Origin: Vitrella brassicaformis CCMP3155
Lineage: Eukaryota; Protista; Chromerida
Assembly (NCBI GenBank): GCA_001179505.1
Contig: CDMY01000423.1
Location: 15,954 to 79,953 of the forward strand
Direction: 5' to 3'
Length of the DNA stretch: 64,000 bases
Shown: positions 24,776-35,500 of the stretch, one piece after another
How the letters are laid out: the number at the start of each line of letters is the position of its first letter
How positions within the stretch are numbered: position 1 is the first letter of the stretch
Notes under the pieces: model-generated
Database searches by the model: none
What the model was told of the DNA's origin: nothing
Seen by the model: the letters and a program-made list of their open reading frames with translations, nothing else
Translations under genes and position numbers: made by a program

Positions 24776-24962
24776 GCCTGCACCGCTGCACTCTCCCTCC
24801 CGTTGAGCTTTGCCTCTCAGCGATTTCAGGGAGCACCCTAGGCGGCTTGCATACTTTGCGAGCTTAGCCAGCGAAGAGGGGCAGGTCAGTATTCACTGAC
24901 GAAGGGATGGAAGAGGACGAGAGGGACTCAGATGATCAAAGGGAAGTAAGGGAGCACTCTTG
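24776..24962. promoter_or_regulatory. Putative bidirectional promoter between PPWD1 and the rhodopsin gene
   Basis: Divergent ATGs at 24775 (-) and 24963 (+), 187 bp apart. Inferred from geometry only. Confidence 0.4.
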
Positions 24963-26721
24963 ATGGATTTCGACGAGTGGTTCCACGCAAGATTGGACAG
25001 ACTCACAGAGCCCGACTTCGACGCACGCAAAGGTCAGATCCAGCCGTGCAGATGTCCGCCACGCTCTCTTGCTGAGTGTGCTTCCCTGTTATTGTGTGTG
25101 CAGGTCCGTCGCCCCGTGTGATTCCCCATGTGACGTTTGTCGTGAGCTACGCCGCCAGCTGGGCGTTTGCCTGCTGCCTGCTGCACCTGTACGACGATGT
25201 GCCGCGGGAGAGGACGGGGGCGTCGTCCTATGAGATCATCGCCTTCAATATCGCCTGCTTCATCATGCTCCAGATATTCGTCATGGAGGTCAGCCAGCCA
25301 GCCAGTCGGCCCGGTGTGTGGTTCGTTATCCCTCCCTGTGTCTGGACGCCATTGAAATGTGTGCGTGTGTGTGTGTGTGTGCAGCTGTTCCCGGTGATAT
25401 CGCTGATCTTCAGTCTGCAAAAGCGTCCGGCCTTCAACTACCTACACCTGAAGCTCAAGCAGGCCACGCTTAACCTGGGTCTCCTGTTGGTGGGCATCTG
25501 CTGCTACGCAACCCTCATATGCAACTCGTGGCCCGTCTTCATCGACCCCGTCACCGGCAACCGCCTGTACGGCGCCCGCCTGATGGAGTGGACCGTCAGC
25601 TGCCCACTATCCATTTACCTCACCGGGCGGCTCACATTCGGCCGGCCGCTGAGCGTGGTCATCAAACCCATGGCGTGTATGTCGCTGTCCATTCAGCTGG
25701 CACTCGCGTAAGCTTAGCAGGGAGGCCATGCCATGAGTGGCTGAGCACCCATCCCCTTATATATCTCGGTCTGTGTCCTTCCCTGTGTATTGTATGTGCA
25801 GGGCGACGCTGCTGCGTCCGTCGTGTTTGTGGCTGCGGTGGGCCTTCGGCGTGCTGCCTCTGTGCTGCTTCCTGGGGGCGCTTCACTACATGCTGGACTT
25901 CCTAGTCAAGACCAAGACCAGGGAGCCTGGTGACGGAGAGGCCGATGACGCGTCCAGCAGCGACGGCAGTGGCGCGGTGGACGCGTCTGTGGCGCAGCAT
26001 AAGCCGAGGGAATGGGTGAAGAAGACCATTCTCGGCAGCAAACTGGGAGGATGTAAGTCGACAGATAGACGAACAAGGGACAACACAGTCCTGGAGGGGA
26101 GGGGGTGGTGACTGACTGGCTTTGTTTGGGGTGTGGTGTGTCGCAGGGACGCTGTGTGCGATAGTGTTCCATCTCACCTTCCTGGGCATCATGCCACCTT
26201 GTGTGGACCAGGTAGGTCACTTGACTTGCACCGCACACACATATCATGATGGATGCAAATACACAGACAAGCTTTAACACCAGCTGGTGCATACGGGGTG
26301 TGTGTGTGTCACATGTGTCAGATTTTGTATACTGTGTTTGATGCGACGGCCAAGTTGGTGGAGTGTGTGAGTCAAACGGCCCTCCGCACCACAGAGTGGG
26401 ATGCCTTGGTCATGCAGGTTAAGATGGTCCAGCAATCAGCCCACAACGGGTCAGCCACTGACCGCACGCACACTAACACGAAGACACCCACTTGACCTTC
26501 CTCTCTGTGTGTTGCATCCCATCCATCTCTTGCATATCAGTCCGAGCCCCGAGATGGCTGCCCGTCTGGAGCTGCACCAGAGCAGGAAGGACGAGCTGGA
26601 AGACAGGGTGCTGCTGTCACACCTCAGGGACCGCAGCACATCCTCCTCGCCCGAACGGCTGTCCACCAAGAGCGGGGGATTCAGACGACCATGCCCGCCA
26701 AGGGACACACTGCTGCTGTAG
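24963..26721 (+). CDS. Microbial (type-1) rhodopsin, 8 predicted TM helices, 400 aa, 7 exons, no fused effector
   Basis: Exons 24963-25032, 25104-25288, 25385-25707, 25802-26052, 26147-26211, 26322-26449 and 26541-26721 are all GT-AG and phase-consistent (1203 nt). Helix C is ARLMEWTVSCPL, helix F is GWTLCAIVFHL, and helix G is ILYTVFDATAKL with the retinal-binding Lys at 26352-26354. Confidence 0.88.
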
Positions 26722-28015
26722 CTAGAAGGGGAGAGACAAGAGGGAGGGAGGGGTTGAATGGGGGTTTTGTCTGTCTGTCCGTGTGTCGTCCCTGCCCCTG
26801 CCCGTGTCCAAAGGAACGAGGCTGATCCATGAATGGATGGATGGATGGATGGATGTGGACGCGGGTGGGTGGGGGGCGGCAGAAATGGCCGGCCGTTTTA
26901 TGGGAGCGGGTGAGAAAAAGACGGAGGAGGGATGGGGGACGGGCCTTATCGCTACTGTTGCGTGTTTACATGTGTGTGTGCGTGTCTGTCAGCTGTGGCG
27001 AAGGAGGGAGGGAGGGAGGGAGGGAGGGAGGATGGGGGAGAGGATGGCGCTGTCTTGAGCGGTTACTCACTATTGTGATGTCTCGGCAGCGCTGTGCTGT
27101 ATAGTCTGAGAAACACAGAGGAAGAGAAGAGAGAGATGGGCACCCGATAGGTACCCGCTTGCTTGCCTGCCTGTCTGCCTGCCTGGCCATCTGTGCGGAT
27201 GAGAGAGGAAGCGGGGAGGTGCGGTGCTCTGTGTGTGTGTGGGACCGACCACACACGCACACGTATTTGTAACAGCTTGTGTCAGTGGGTGAGCCGCTGG
27301 CTGGCTGGCTGACTGGCCAATGGACAGATTGTCCATTCAGCCAGCCAGCCAGCGGATGGATGATGAACTGCCTAATGCTGTTTGAATGACGAACTCTTTC
27401 CCCTTGCCTACCGATGGATGACTGGATGGATGACTGGATGGATGGATGGATGGCATTTTTGCCACAGCCTGTGGGCCTCTGCTGTGGCGTGCGTTTGAGG
27501 TGCATGGAATTTGCATGTCGTGGACTCAGGTGTGCGTGTGTCTGCATGCATGCCTGCTTCGTGCTGCACGGGTGCGTTGGTGCGTCGGTCGACTCGTGTT
27601 TTTGAAACAAATAACTCTCACACAACGCAGTAATTCAGTTCATATCAATGTCTTATACATGCCGACATACACAGCACGGCCGTCTCTCATCTCACCCTCA
27701 TGAAAGAAAGCCTATGCAGACAAACGTCACGTGACGTGTTTGTTCGGTCAGCCACGTAAGAGAGCTCACTGATCGATCTCACACAGACGTCTCACACCAC
27801 AGCACAGCCACGTACCTATTCATTGCAGTGTGGGCACCGCCACATTGAGAGCGAAGAAATACCACTCGCAGGCAGGAAAGTAACACGGGTAAAACCTCCA
27901 CGCTAGCTACCACCGTCTGCCTGTCGGTGTGTTGTGTCGGTCAGACATCATCAGGGTTGGTTGCTGCTTCTCTCTAGCCATCCAATGGCATCATATGATG
28001 GCAATGTTGGTCTCT

Positions 28016-28885
28016 CTATCCATCCTGGGGGTTTGGCAAGGAAGCATCATCGGAAGAAGTTGGCACAGCAGCATACTGTGCGGAGGCGCCGTTGCCGGCG
28101 GCCGCCTGTCTTGCCGCTTTGGGTGGAACCGGGAAACAAAAGGACCAAGTCGCCATCCCGATTACACACGCTGGTGAAATAATCCCCATCCACAGAGTGC
28201 CCAGGGTTTGATCACAGGCAGCTCCATGCAGGCTGCCCGATTCACTGTCGAAGCACCAGGGATGACTGGTGAAGCTCCACCACCAGAAGTGCCCGATGAT
28301 GGGAATAGGAATGGCCACCGTGTAGATGGAGAAAGTGACGACATTCCAGGGAGAGCTCGACAGACCATGATTCCACTTGCGGTGCACCGAGAGCCCGTAA
28401 GGGACAATGGCTGCAAGCATCAGCAGGGTCACGACGCCAATAGAGGCGTGGATTGCCCCACTTCCAGCGATGAAATCTCGCCACACAGCGGCCGCCTCTT
28501 CGTTACTGTGGTCGACAAGCCACGCGTAAGACGCCTTGCAATTGCAGAACTTCGCGTTATCGCTATAGCGACTGACGCTGCACTGCTCAAATTCCTCTCG
28601 ACCAACGAGCGATTGTGCGACGCTGTGCGGATCACATCGAGTGGCGTTTCTGCCAGGCACGAGCTCCATAGAGAGACTGTAGGCCGAGAGGGTGTAGTGC
28701 TGCTTCACCTCCACATATGCGCCCTCGTGAGATGCGAAGCCACCACCAGTCAAGCGGTCGGAAAAGAGGGGAAGGGTGAACATGACTGCAAGGATGATGG
28801 CTGTGAGATAAAACAGGCCGAGTGCCTCATTCAAGACGTCCAGCGCTTCCGACCTGAGCCACTGGGACCTGAGAAGGAACATCAA
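28016..28885 (-). CDS. Four-TM membrane protein with a large Cys-containing first loop (claudin/tetraspan-like topology), family uncertain
   Basis: 289-aa ORF free of microsatellite intron sequence. One N-terminal hydrophobic helix (LGLFYLTAIILAVMFTLPLF), a loop of about 100 aa with 4 Cys, then three hydrophobic helices and a short polar tail. Confidence 0.7.
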   Translation of the reverse strand: MMFLLRSQWLRSEALDVLNEALGLFYLTAIILAVMFTLPLFSDRLTGGGFASHEGAYVEVKQHYTLSAYSLSMELVPGRNATRCDPHSVAQSLVGREEFEQCSVSRYSDNAKFCNCKASYAWLVDHSNEEAAAVWRDFIAGSGAIHASIGVVTLLMLAAIVPYGLSVHRKWNHGLSSSPWNVVTFSIYTVAIPIPIIGHFWWWSFTSHPWCFDSESGSLHGAACDQTLGTLWMGIISPACVIGMATWSFCFPVPPKAARQAAAGNGASAQYAAVPTSSDDASLPNPQDG

Positions 28886-29598
28886 ACGGACAAGGCGTGT
28901 GATGAGTGACGCATGAGGGGGATTCTCCCCTTCTTACATCGTGAGCCACTTGTGAGCCACGGGGATCTTCGCAAGAATTATTGGTTGGAAGCCGAGCGTC
29001 GATCTTCGCAAAACTGATCCGAACCCTAGCGCCTCCGGTTCCCACAACGCTCTCTCACGCGCTCACGTCAGGCGATGGAGTGTCCTGGCCAAAGGAGGTA
29101 GATGTTTGCCCGGTGTGGGCGTCATTCCTCTGTTGTCGCTGCCTTCGTGGCAAAAATGGCATCCATCCATTCATCGAGAATGGGGCGGCAAGGCGGAGAA
29201 GACACTTTCAAGAGCCCATCCTTTTTGGCATCTAATTGTGGAATGATGCACCGCATGGAGTGTGGTTTGGGTCATCTATCTGATCAGTCGGCTGGCTGCC
29301 TGTCTGTCTGTCTGTCTGTCTGTCTGTAGAGAGACACATACAGACAGATGGATGGATGGGACATTTCCTACCTCTTCATTCGATTCACGTCTTCCACAAT
29401 ACACACAAAGTGAATCCGCAGTCGACACTGTGACACTGCTTTGCTTGCTGTACATGCTATCTATCGACATAGACATGCACTCGACGCATGCGCAAAGATA
29501 CTGCACCAATAACAATGGTGCATGCACGCAGACAGAAAACCGAGATGATCGTTACTCACAGAGGCGTGACGACGAGGCCATACATACAGAGACATACA

Positions 29599-32500
29599 TT
29601 AAGTGAGTACGATGGCCACTCCCCTTCTGGCCCATCTGAGCGGGTCGCTGGCCGCAGTGGGCAGCGGCAACATCATGACAGGCGTCTCCCGCTTGTCTGT
29701 GTTGGTGTACACAGGGCACTCATAAGACTGATATGCGATAGATGAGACAGCAAGGGAGATGGAAGACGCCTGCCTGCTGGCGGCAAACGGGGCAGCAGCC
29801 TTCCTCAGCTGTGGTCTGGGCGACTGTGAGGGGGAGGGAGTGGGCGGCTCATCGAAAGTCACTGCCGACTGTCGCCCTTGTACGTGCCTGCTCTGGGCGA
29901 GCGACGTTCTCCGCTTGGCAGCCTTCTCGAAGAGGGCTGCTGTGGGTGAGGAGGCCTCCTCGGGGGTGGGGGAGTGGGGTGGCTGCTGCTCCCCTCGTGT
30001 GAAGATCGACTTCCTTCTTTGCACGGGGGGAGATGGGGAGAGGCCAGCGGGGGGCGGTACGAGCGTCACACGACGGCCACTAGTGGCTGTGGCCCTGACA
30101 GAGAGACACACACAGTAGGGATGGGAGACATCGGTGGGTGGATTACCTACCTGCCGTCCATCATGGCGGCGACGGTGTCGGTGGCAATCTTGACTCTGCT
30201 CGTCGAAGACTCGGCCTCACTTCGCTGTACCGACGAAGCCATCGAGGCGAAGGCCACTGGCTGCCGCCGGGCGCCATGGAGAGAGGCTCTTGAGCTCTTG
30301 CCTGTGATGGAGCTCTGTGGGAACCGATCGGGCATTGAACTGTCGGCAGTGACAGATATGGGGAGGGGCAGTGATGAGGCATCGGCTGACGTGATGGAGA
30401 TGTGCACAACGGGAAGGGTGGACTCGAGTTGGCGGGGCCGGAGCTCCTCCAGCTGATAAGTGTGGGGGTCCCACCTGGCCCCCTGCAGGGTCAAGCCGTG
30501 CACAAAGTAGCCATCACTTGGATGCTCCGCTATGGCCATGGTGGTCGTGACGGTGTGGTGCATCTGCACACGCTCCACAGGAAGCTGCAGCCTCATGGCC
30601 TGCGTCATGACCATGGCCTTGACGAGCCGCGACGGACTGAAGAGGGCGCCCAGCCAGAAGGAGGGCGGCTCGTAGCCGAGGTTAGTGCCCTGGGGGTCCC
30701 GCAGCGCGGCCCACTGGCTGATCCACGACACCCGGGCAGAGAGGGCGGCCAGCCAAGAGGCCAACGACGGGGGCGGATGGAGAGGGTAGGGAAACGAATG
30801 AGAGTACCTGCAACAGAGGAGGCAGACGTTTTCGGCTCTGGCTGTCAGTGTGTCTCGCGCACTGACCATAATTTTGGGAGCTGCTGGTTGGCGATTCTGT
30901 CAATGAGTGTCTCGATTGGTTCTGTGAGGCTCTCTGTCCGGCCGTGTAGGGCCTCCAGCGCCTGGTGGAGACTGTCGCTCATCAGCTGCAGCAAACTGTT
31001 GTACCGATCCACCTGACGAAGGCGGAGACACAAGTAAGTATACCGCATAACAGCCCTCGAGGCATTCAATACCTCTGCGAGCAGAGCCACTGCAAGGCCG
31101 TTGACGAAGCTGGTGGTGCCCTCTCTCCTGGGCCACATGCGTCTGTCCTCCTTCTGTATCCCGCCCGCTGCCACCGACGTGTCTGCCGCCAGCGAAGAGG
31201 ACGACGCATTGCTGGGCTGACGCCTGGGCCTCTCCGCAACGATGCTGGCCTTCTTCTGAATAATCGTGCTGCGCTTCTTTCGAAATGGTCGTGGCGAGGG
31301 GGCGACCGACGGGGTATCTTGTGTGTCCCGCTTGGCATCGTCAAGCTGCTTCTGGCTCAATCGCCTTCTCGGAGAGCCTTCAGTGCTCTGTGCAGCAGCA
31401 GATGGGGCCGTGGGCACTTTCAGGACGATCTTTGCGGGCAAAGAGTCGAGGACCCGCTGGATGAGGGCGGCTATTGAGGACGGGCGAATGGCGTGGACTA
31501 ATGTCTTCTCGGTGTCGTGTTGCTCGTGAGTATGCATCTCGGCGGACAATGTCATGAATGGGCCATGCTCCGACGAAGGCTGCAGCGACGCGAGTGAGTG
31601 GAGGAAGCCCACTGTGTTGGAGCGCTCGATGGCGAGAGCAGCGTTCGGATGGAGACCCAACAGCTGATACGTACAAATATATACGGACACTTCGGCGCAG
31701 CTATTACCCTCTCCTATTCCTTTCCTGCGCATCGCATACCCTAGGGTCGTCAGCCTCCGGCCATTTGTTTGCCATGTTCCTCATCTCTTCCACGCCCCAT
31801 GTCGCCAGCTCAGCCAGCGGCGGCAGGCAATACACAGCAGATGACACCTCAGGCATCAGCGACAACCAGCTGGTCGACGAAGCGTCCGACAGATTGACTA
31901 TTTTCGGTTGCAGGACAAGTGCCACGAGTGATGCGAGGCATCTGGTGTCGATGGCGTCAGTGAGCCGGCCTCCGTAGTGCAGTGTGGACAGCACGATGCG
32001 AAAGGCGTAGACAAGGGACGGAGACAGCAGGGACGGCGGCGTCTGAAGAGACAGGGGTCATGGGACATAGCGCGGTATCTCGATGCTTACCTGTGCGGCG
32101 CTTTGCTTTGAGAGGAATAGAAGTGAGGCGTTGAGGTCGCTCGCCTGGAACTGATATGCAAAATTGAAACCCAGCGACCCGTAATGACGGCGTTCCTGGA
32201 ACACAGACATATGTCAGCATCCAAATGGCAAAGAGTCTCGTGATGCATCTCACACACCTGTAGAACCGCATGCAGGAAACACGTAGCCATGACCACACGC
32301 CTCCAGGCGCCCTTAATCTTTCTCTCGGCGTCCATCCCACCAACGATGCTTCCCCGCCTCTTGGCGGGCAGACTATCGCCCCACACCGACTCGGCGACGG
32401 CCGCCTCAGCTGCCCCGCTGAACGCCTCTTTGAGGCCGTGTGGCGGCTCGATAACCAGCGATCGTGAGGCAAGGATGACCGGCTCGGGGAAGCCTGGTGT

Positions 32501-35500
32501 TGGGAGAGACGTGAGGAAGATGCGGAAGGATGCGGGGAGGTTCGGGGTCTGTGCGGGGTCCTGTTGAGACGAGACGAGACATGAACGCACGCAGATACCC
32601 TTTGGCTGGCTGGGACATCGCTGACATATCTTCCCTCTTGCCTGTATTCGGTGGATCCACTTCTCCATCTGGCTTCGCCCTGTTGGCGCCAGGTGTAGAT
32701 TTTGGAGAATCACCCACGGCCCCTCGCCGCGCCCTCTCTGCCTCTTGTCCGCCCCGTCGTCTTTCCTCTTGGGATCAACAAAGCCGGCGAGCACCTTGTC
32801 CACTTTCCCTTCCTGCCCTGGCCCCATGGACAGGATCACGAGCTCCAACCCTTTCCGTAGTGGCTCGGCTTGGTCAGTTGCACGAGCGGCACTTGTAGGC
32901 ACGGCCCATAGAGGCTCATCGGCAGATGGATGCTCGTCCGCCTGAGGGTGGGACGACGCAGAGACGTCTGCTTTATCCTCCGCGGGCTGCGATGAAGGGA
33001 AGAGCTTCTCGGCAAGAGCAAGAAGGGCCTAATGAGAGACAGAGGCCGGTCACAACCTCTTGCAACGGGCTTGTGTGTTTCCCTGACCTCTGTTGGGTCA
33101 GCTCCAGGGCCAAAGACAAGCAGAAGGGGCTCTCTCGATGTGGCCTCGCCCACCATCTGCTCCAACTGAGCCGTCACGGACTCGTGTCTCCTGCCATTGC
33201 CGGCTTCTGTCCCCTTCGCTTTCTCTCCCTCTTCACTTTGTTCCTTGCCGTCGTCTCCTCCGTCCATGGCCATGAGCGACGGAAAAGCACGATCGAGGAA
33301 GCAGTGCACGGCACCGTGGAGCTTCGCGGGGAACAGGAGCGCATACAGAAATAGCTGCTCGAAGAGTGCCGACACATGCGCTGGCGAGATCTCAGTGGCT
33401 GCATCAGGTGGGAAGGGTGAGGTGGTGGGCAGCACCAGGCCCACTGCCTGACAAATACGGCCGATCTGCTCGAAGGGATCAGTGGTCGATGTGGGGGATG
33501 AAGGCTCGCCTCGTTGCTGCTGCTGTTGCTGCCAGGGAGAGAGAGGCTCGGTCACTGCTGTCATTTCCAACAGCTTCAGCGCACGCTGGTCCTCCTGTAC
33601 CCATCATGAGACCACCCAAGAAAAGAGTCTGCCTCTCTTTGTCTCCTTTTTCGATCTCTTGCCTTTGTAAGTGCATCCTTCCATCGATTGGTGTTGAATA
33701 TCACGTGCAGCGGCACATCCCTCAGCCAGCCGTTGGAAAAGAAAGTGGGCAGCAAAGTGACCGCCTTCCACTGCACATACGGGAAAATGGACGGATCCGG
33801 TGACTCGTCGGGCAGCTCGATGGCTGGGGGAGGGGCGTTGCGGAGGAACGGTGACAGAGACGGCTTGGCACCGTGAGCTGACGTCCGCTGCTCTGTAATC
33901 TGCTGTGCCACCTGCAGACACACAGACAGAGTGGAGAGAGAGGGCGGGAAGTTCATTCCATTGATCGAGACTCACATACATCAATGAAGAAGCGCCATTG
34001 CGCGTTGGTCATGGTGTAGTTGCGCCGATCTGCTGGTGAGGCTGCTTTCTGCTCCTGGCCGTACACATGTGCACACAGCAGGAGGGAGAAGGGCAGCCGG
34101 TGACGCTCAAACAAACCCCTACATGAGTCAGTCAAAAAGGAGAATGCAATGCATGTAGACCCCGCTGCTTCCATCTGTTTGTGTATATATACGGACCTGC
34201 ATACGTGCTGATAAATGCTCCGAGTGACCTCCCCTTTCGCCTCCATCAGTCGCACCTCCTGCGGCGTGCCCTCTTGCCTTCTCTCCTTCACATGGCGGAT
34301 GGTCTCGGCAAACAGTTTCGTGACGGCTGCCAGCGAGAAGCGATACATGTGGTCGAGCCGAGGCAGGAGGCTCACGACGTGGTAGAGAGTGGCGCCCCGC
34401 TCAGCCAGGGGGATGAACGGTCTGCGGCTTAGTGTCAGCTCTTCCGAGAGCTTCTGTGTCTCCTCCAGCCGCTGTCTGAGGGACAGATGGGTGGCTTGGG
34501 CGTTGGCCATTACCCCGATCACCTCCTGACCCATTCAGGCAGACAGGAACAGAAAGACATGAGGCTGGGTGTGAGGCGTGGGGTCATGGGTGTGTGTGAC
34601 CTCATCATCGAGTATGTTCCCCTCCCTTTCGTCCGACATCACGTCAAGCGTCACGTGCTCGAGGCGCTTCAACTCGCTGTTGGCAGAATGGAGCTCTAGG
34701 GCCACCGTCAGGCGTCGCGACTCCATCTGCACCAATGCGCGAATTTATAGCTCAGTCACGCACTGCCAAATGACAGGCAGCAAGCTGTACCTGTGGTGCC
34801 TCGCAACGGACCACCTCCGTCAGCAGCTGTTCTAGTAGACTTTCGTGAGTCACACTGAAGTTGATGACTGTGACCCGCGTCTGAATCTGAATGCACATCA
34901 CATCGTGCGCCGCGTGCAGCGATTTGACTGCCTGCCACATCCATCGGTGCATTCCTTTCCTACCTCTGGCCGGAAGTCAGGCGTCGCCTGTGAACACCGC
35001 AGTGCGAGGGCGAATCCAGAGCTCACTCCCACCTCCTGACCGCCCAGCCGCACTGACCTATACGTCGTCGAGCGCTCCTTGCCCGATTCCTTCACAAATT
35101 GCAACAGGCACCAGTGTGAAATGTGAGAAGTTTCTGACTGCTCTGCACCTCTTTCGCAGTAGGTCGGTGGTTTGTATTGCAGAGGTTGAGCAGTGGGTAA
35201 ATGAGTGGCGGGAGGGGGTCTTCGCAGTCGTCCACTAGCAGGGGCCGGCCCTCAGAAAGAGCTCGCGTGATTGCCGCCTTGATATCTGCTGCCCTGGCCT
35301 TCACGCTGATGGGCCTGGCTCCATCCCTCGAGCGATACCATGACTGACCCTGACCCTGCGCAACGAAGCAACAGGAAGCAAGTGCAGTGCGTCTCATTTT
35401 GGGCGAGCTCACCCACCTGTGGGTCGATGAGGAGTGGCCATCGTCTGCACTGTGTGGCAATGACGCTGTTCGTCAGACTGGCGGCGTCGCTGGGCAGCCC

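Noticed and set aside
347-24867. Shared 10-mer gcgagcttag upstream of TGS1 and between PPWD1 and the rhodopsin
   Set aside because: A single shared 10-mer among several promoter-sized regions is compatible with chance.
25385-25707. Channelrhodopsin assignment from the EW..CP helix C motif
   Set aside because: Helix B lacks the glutamate cluster of chlorophyte cation channelrhodopsins and an extra N-terminal helix is predicted. The motif alone is not diagnostic.
24963-28000. Rhodopsin as part of an enzyme-rhodopsin or bestrhodopsin fusion
   Set aside because: The best splice model stops at 26721. The remaining sequence before the convergent gene is microsatellite-rich, with no cyclase, PDE, kinase or bestrophin motifs.
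28208-28909. 233-aa plus-strand ORF and similar long antisense ORFs (e.g. 29974-30456, 30402-31016, 61435-62124)
   Set aside because: These are shadows of GC-rich coding exons on the opposite strand, with no independent motifs.
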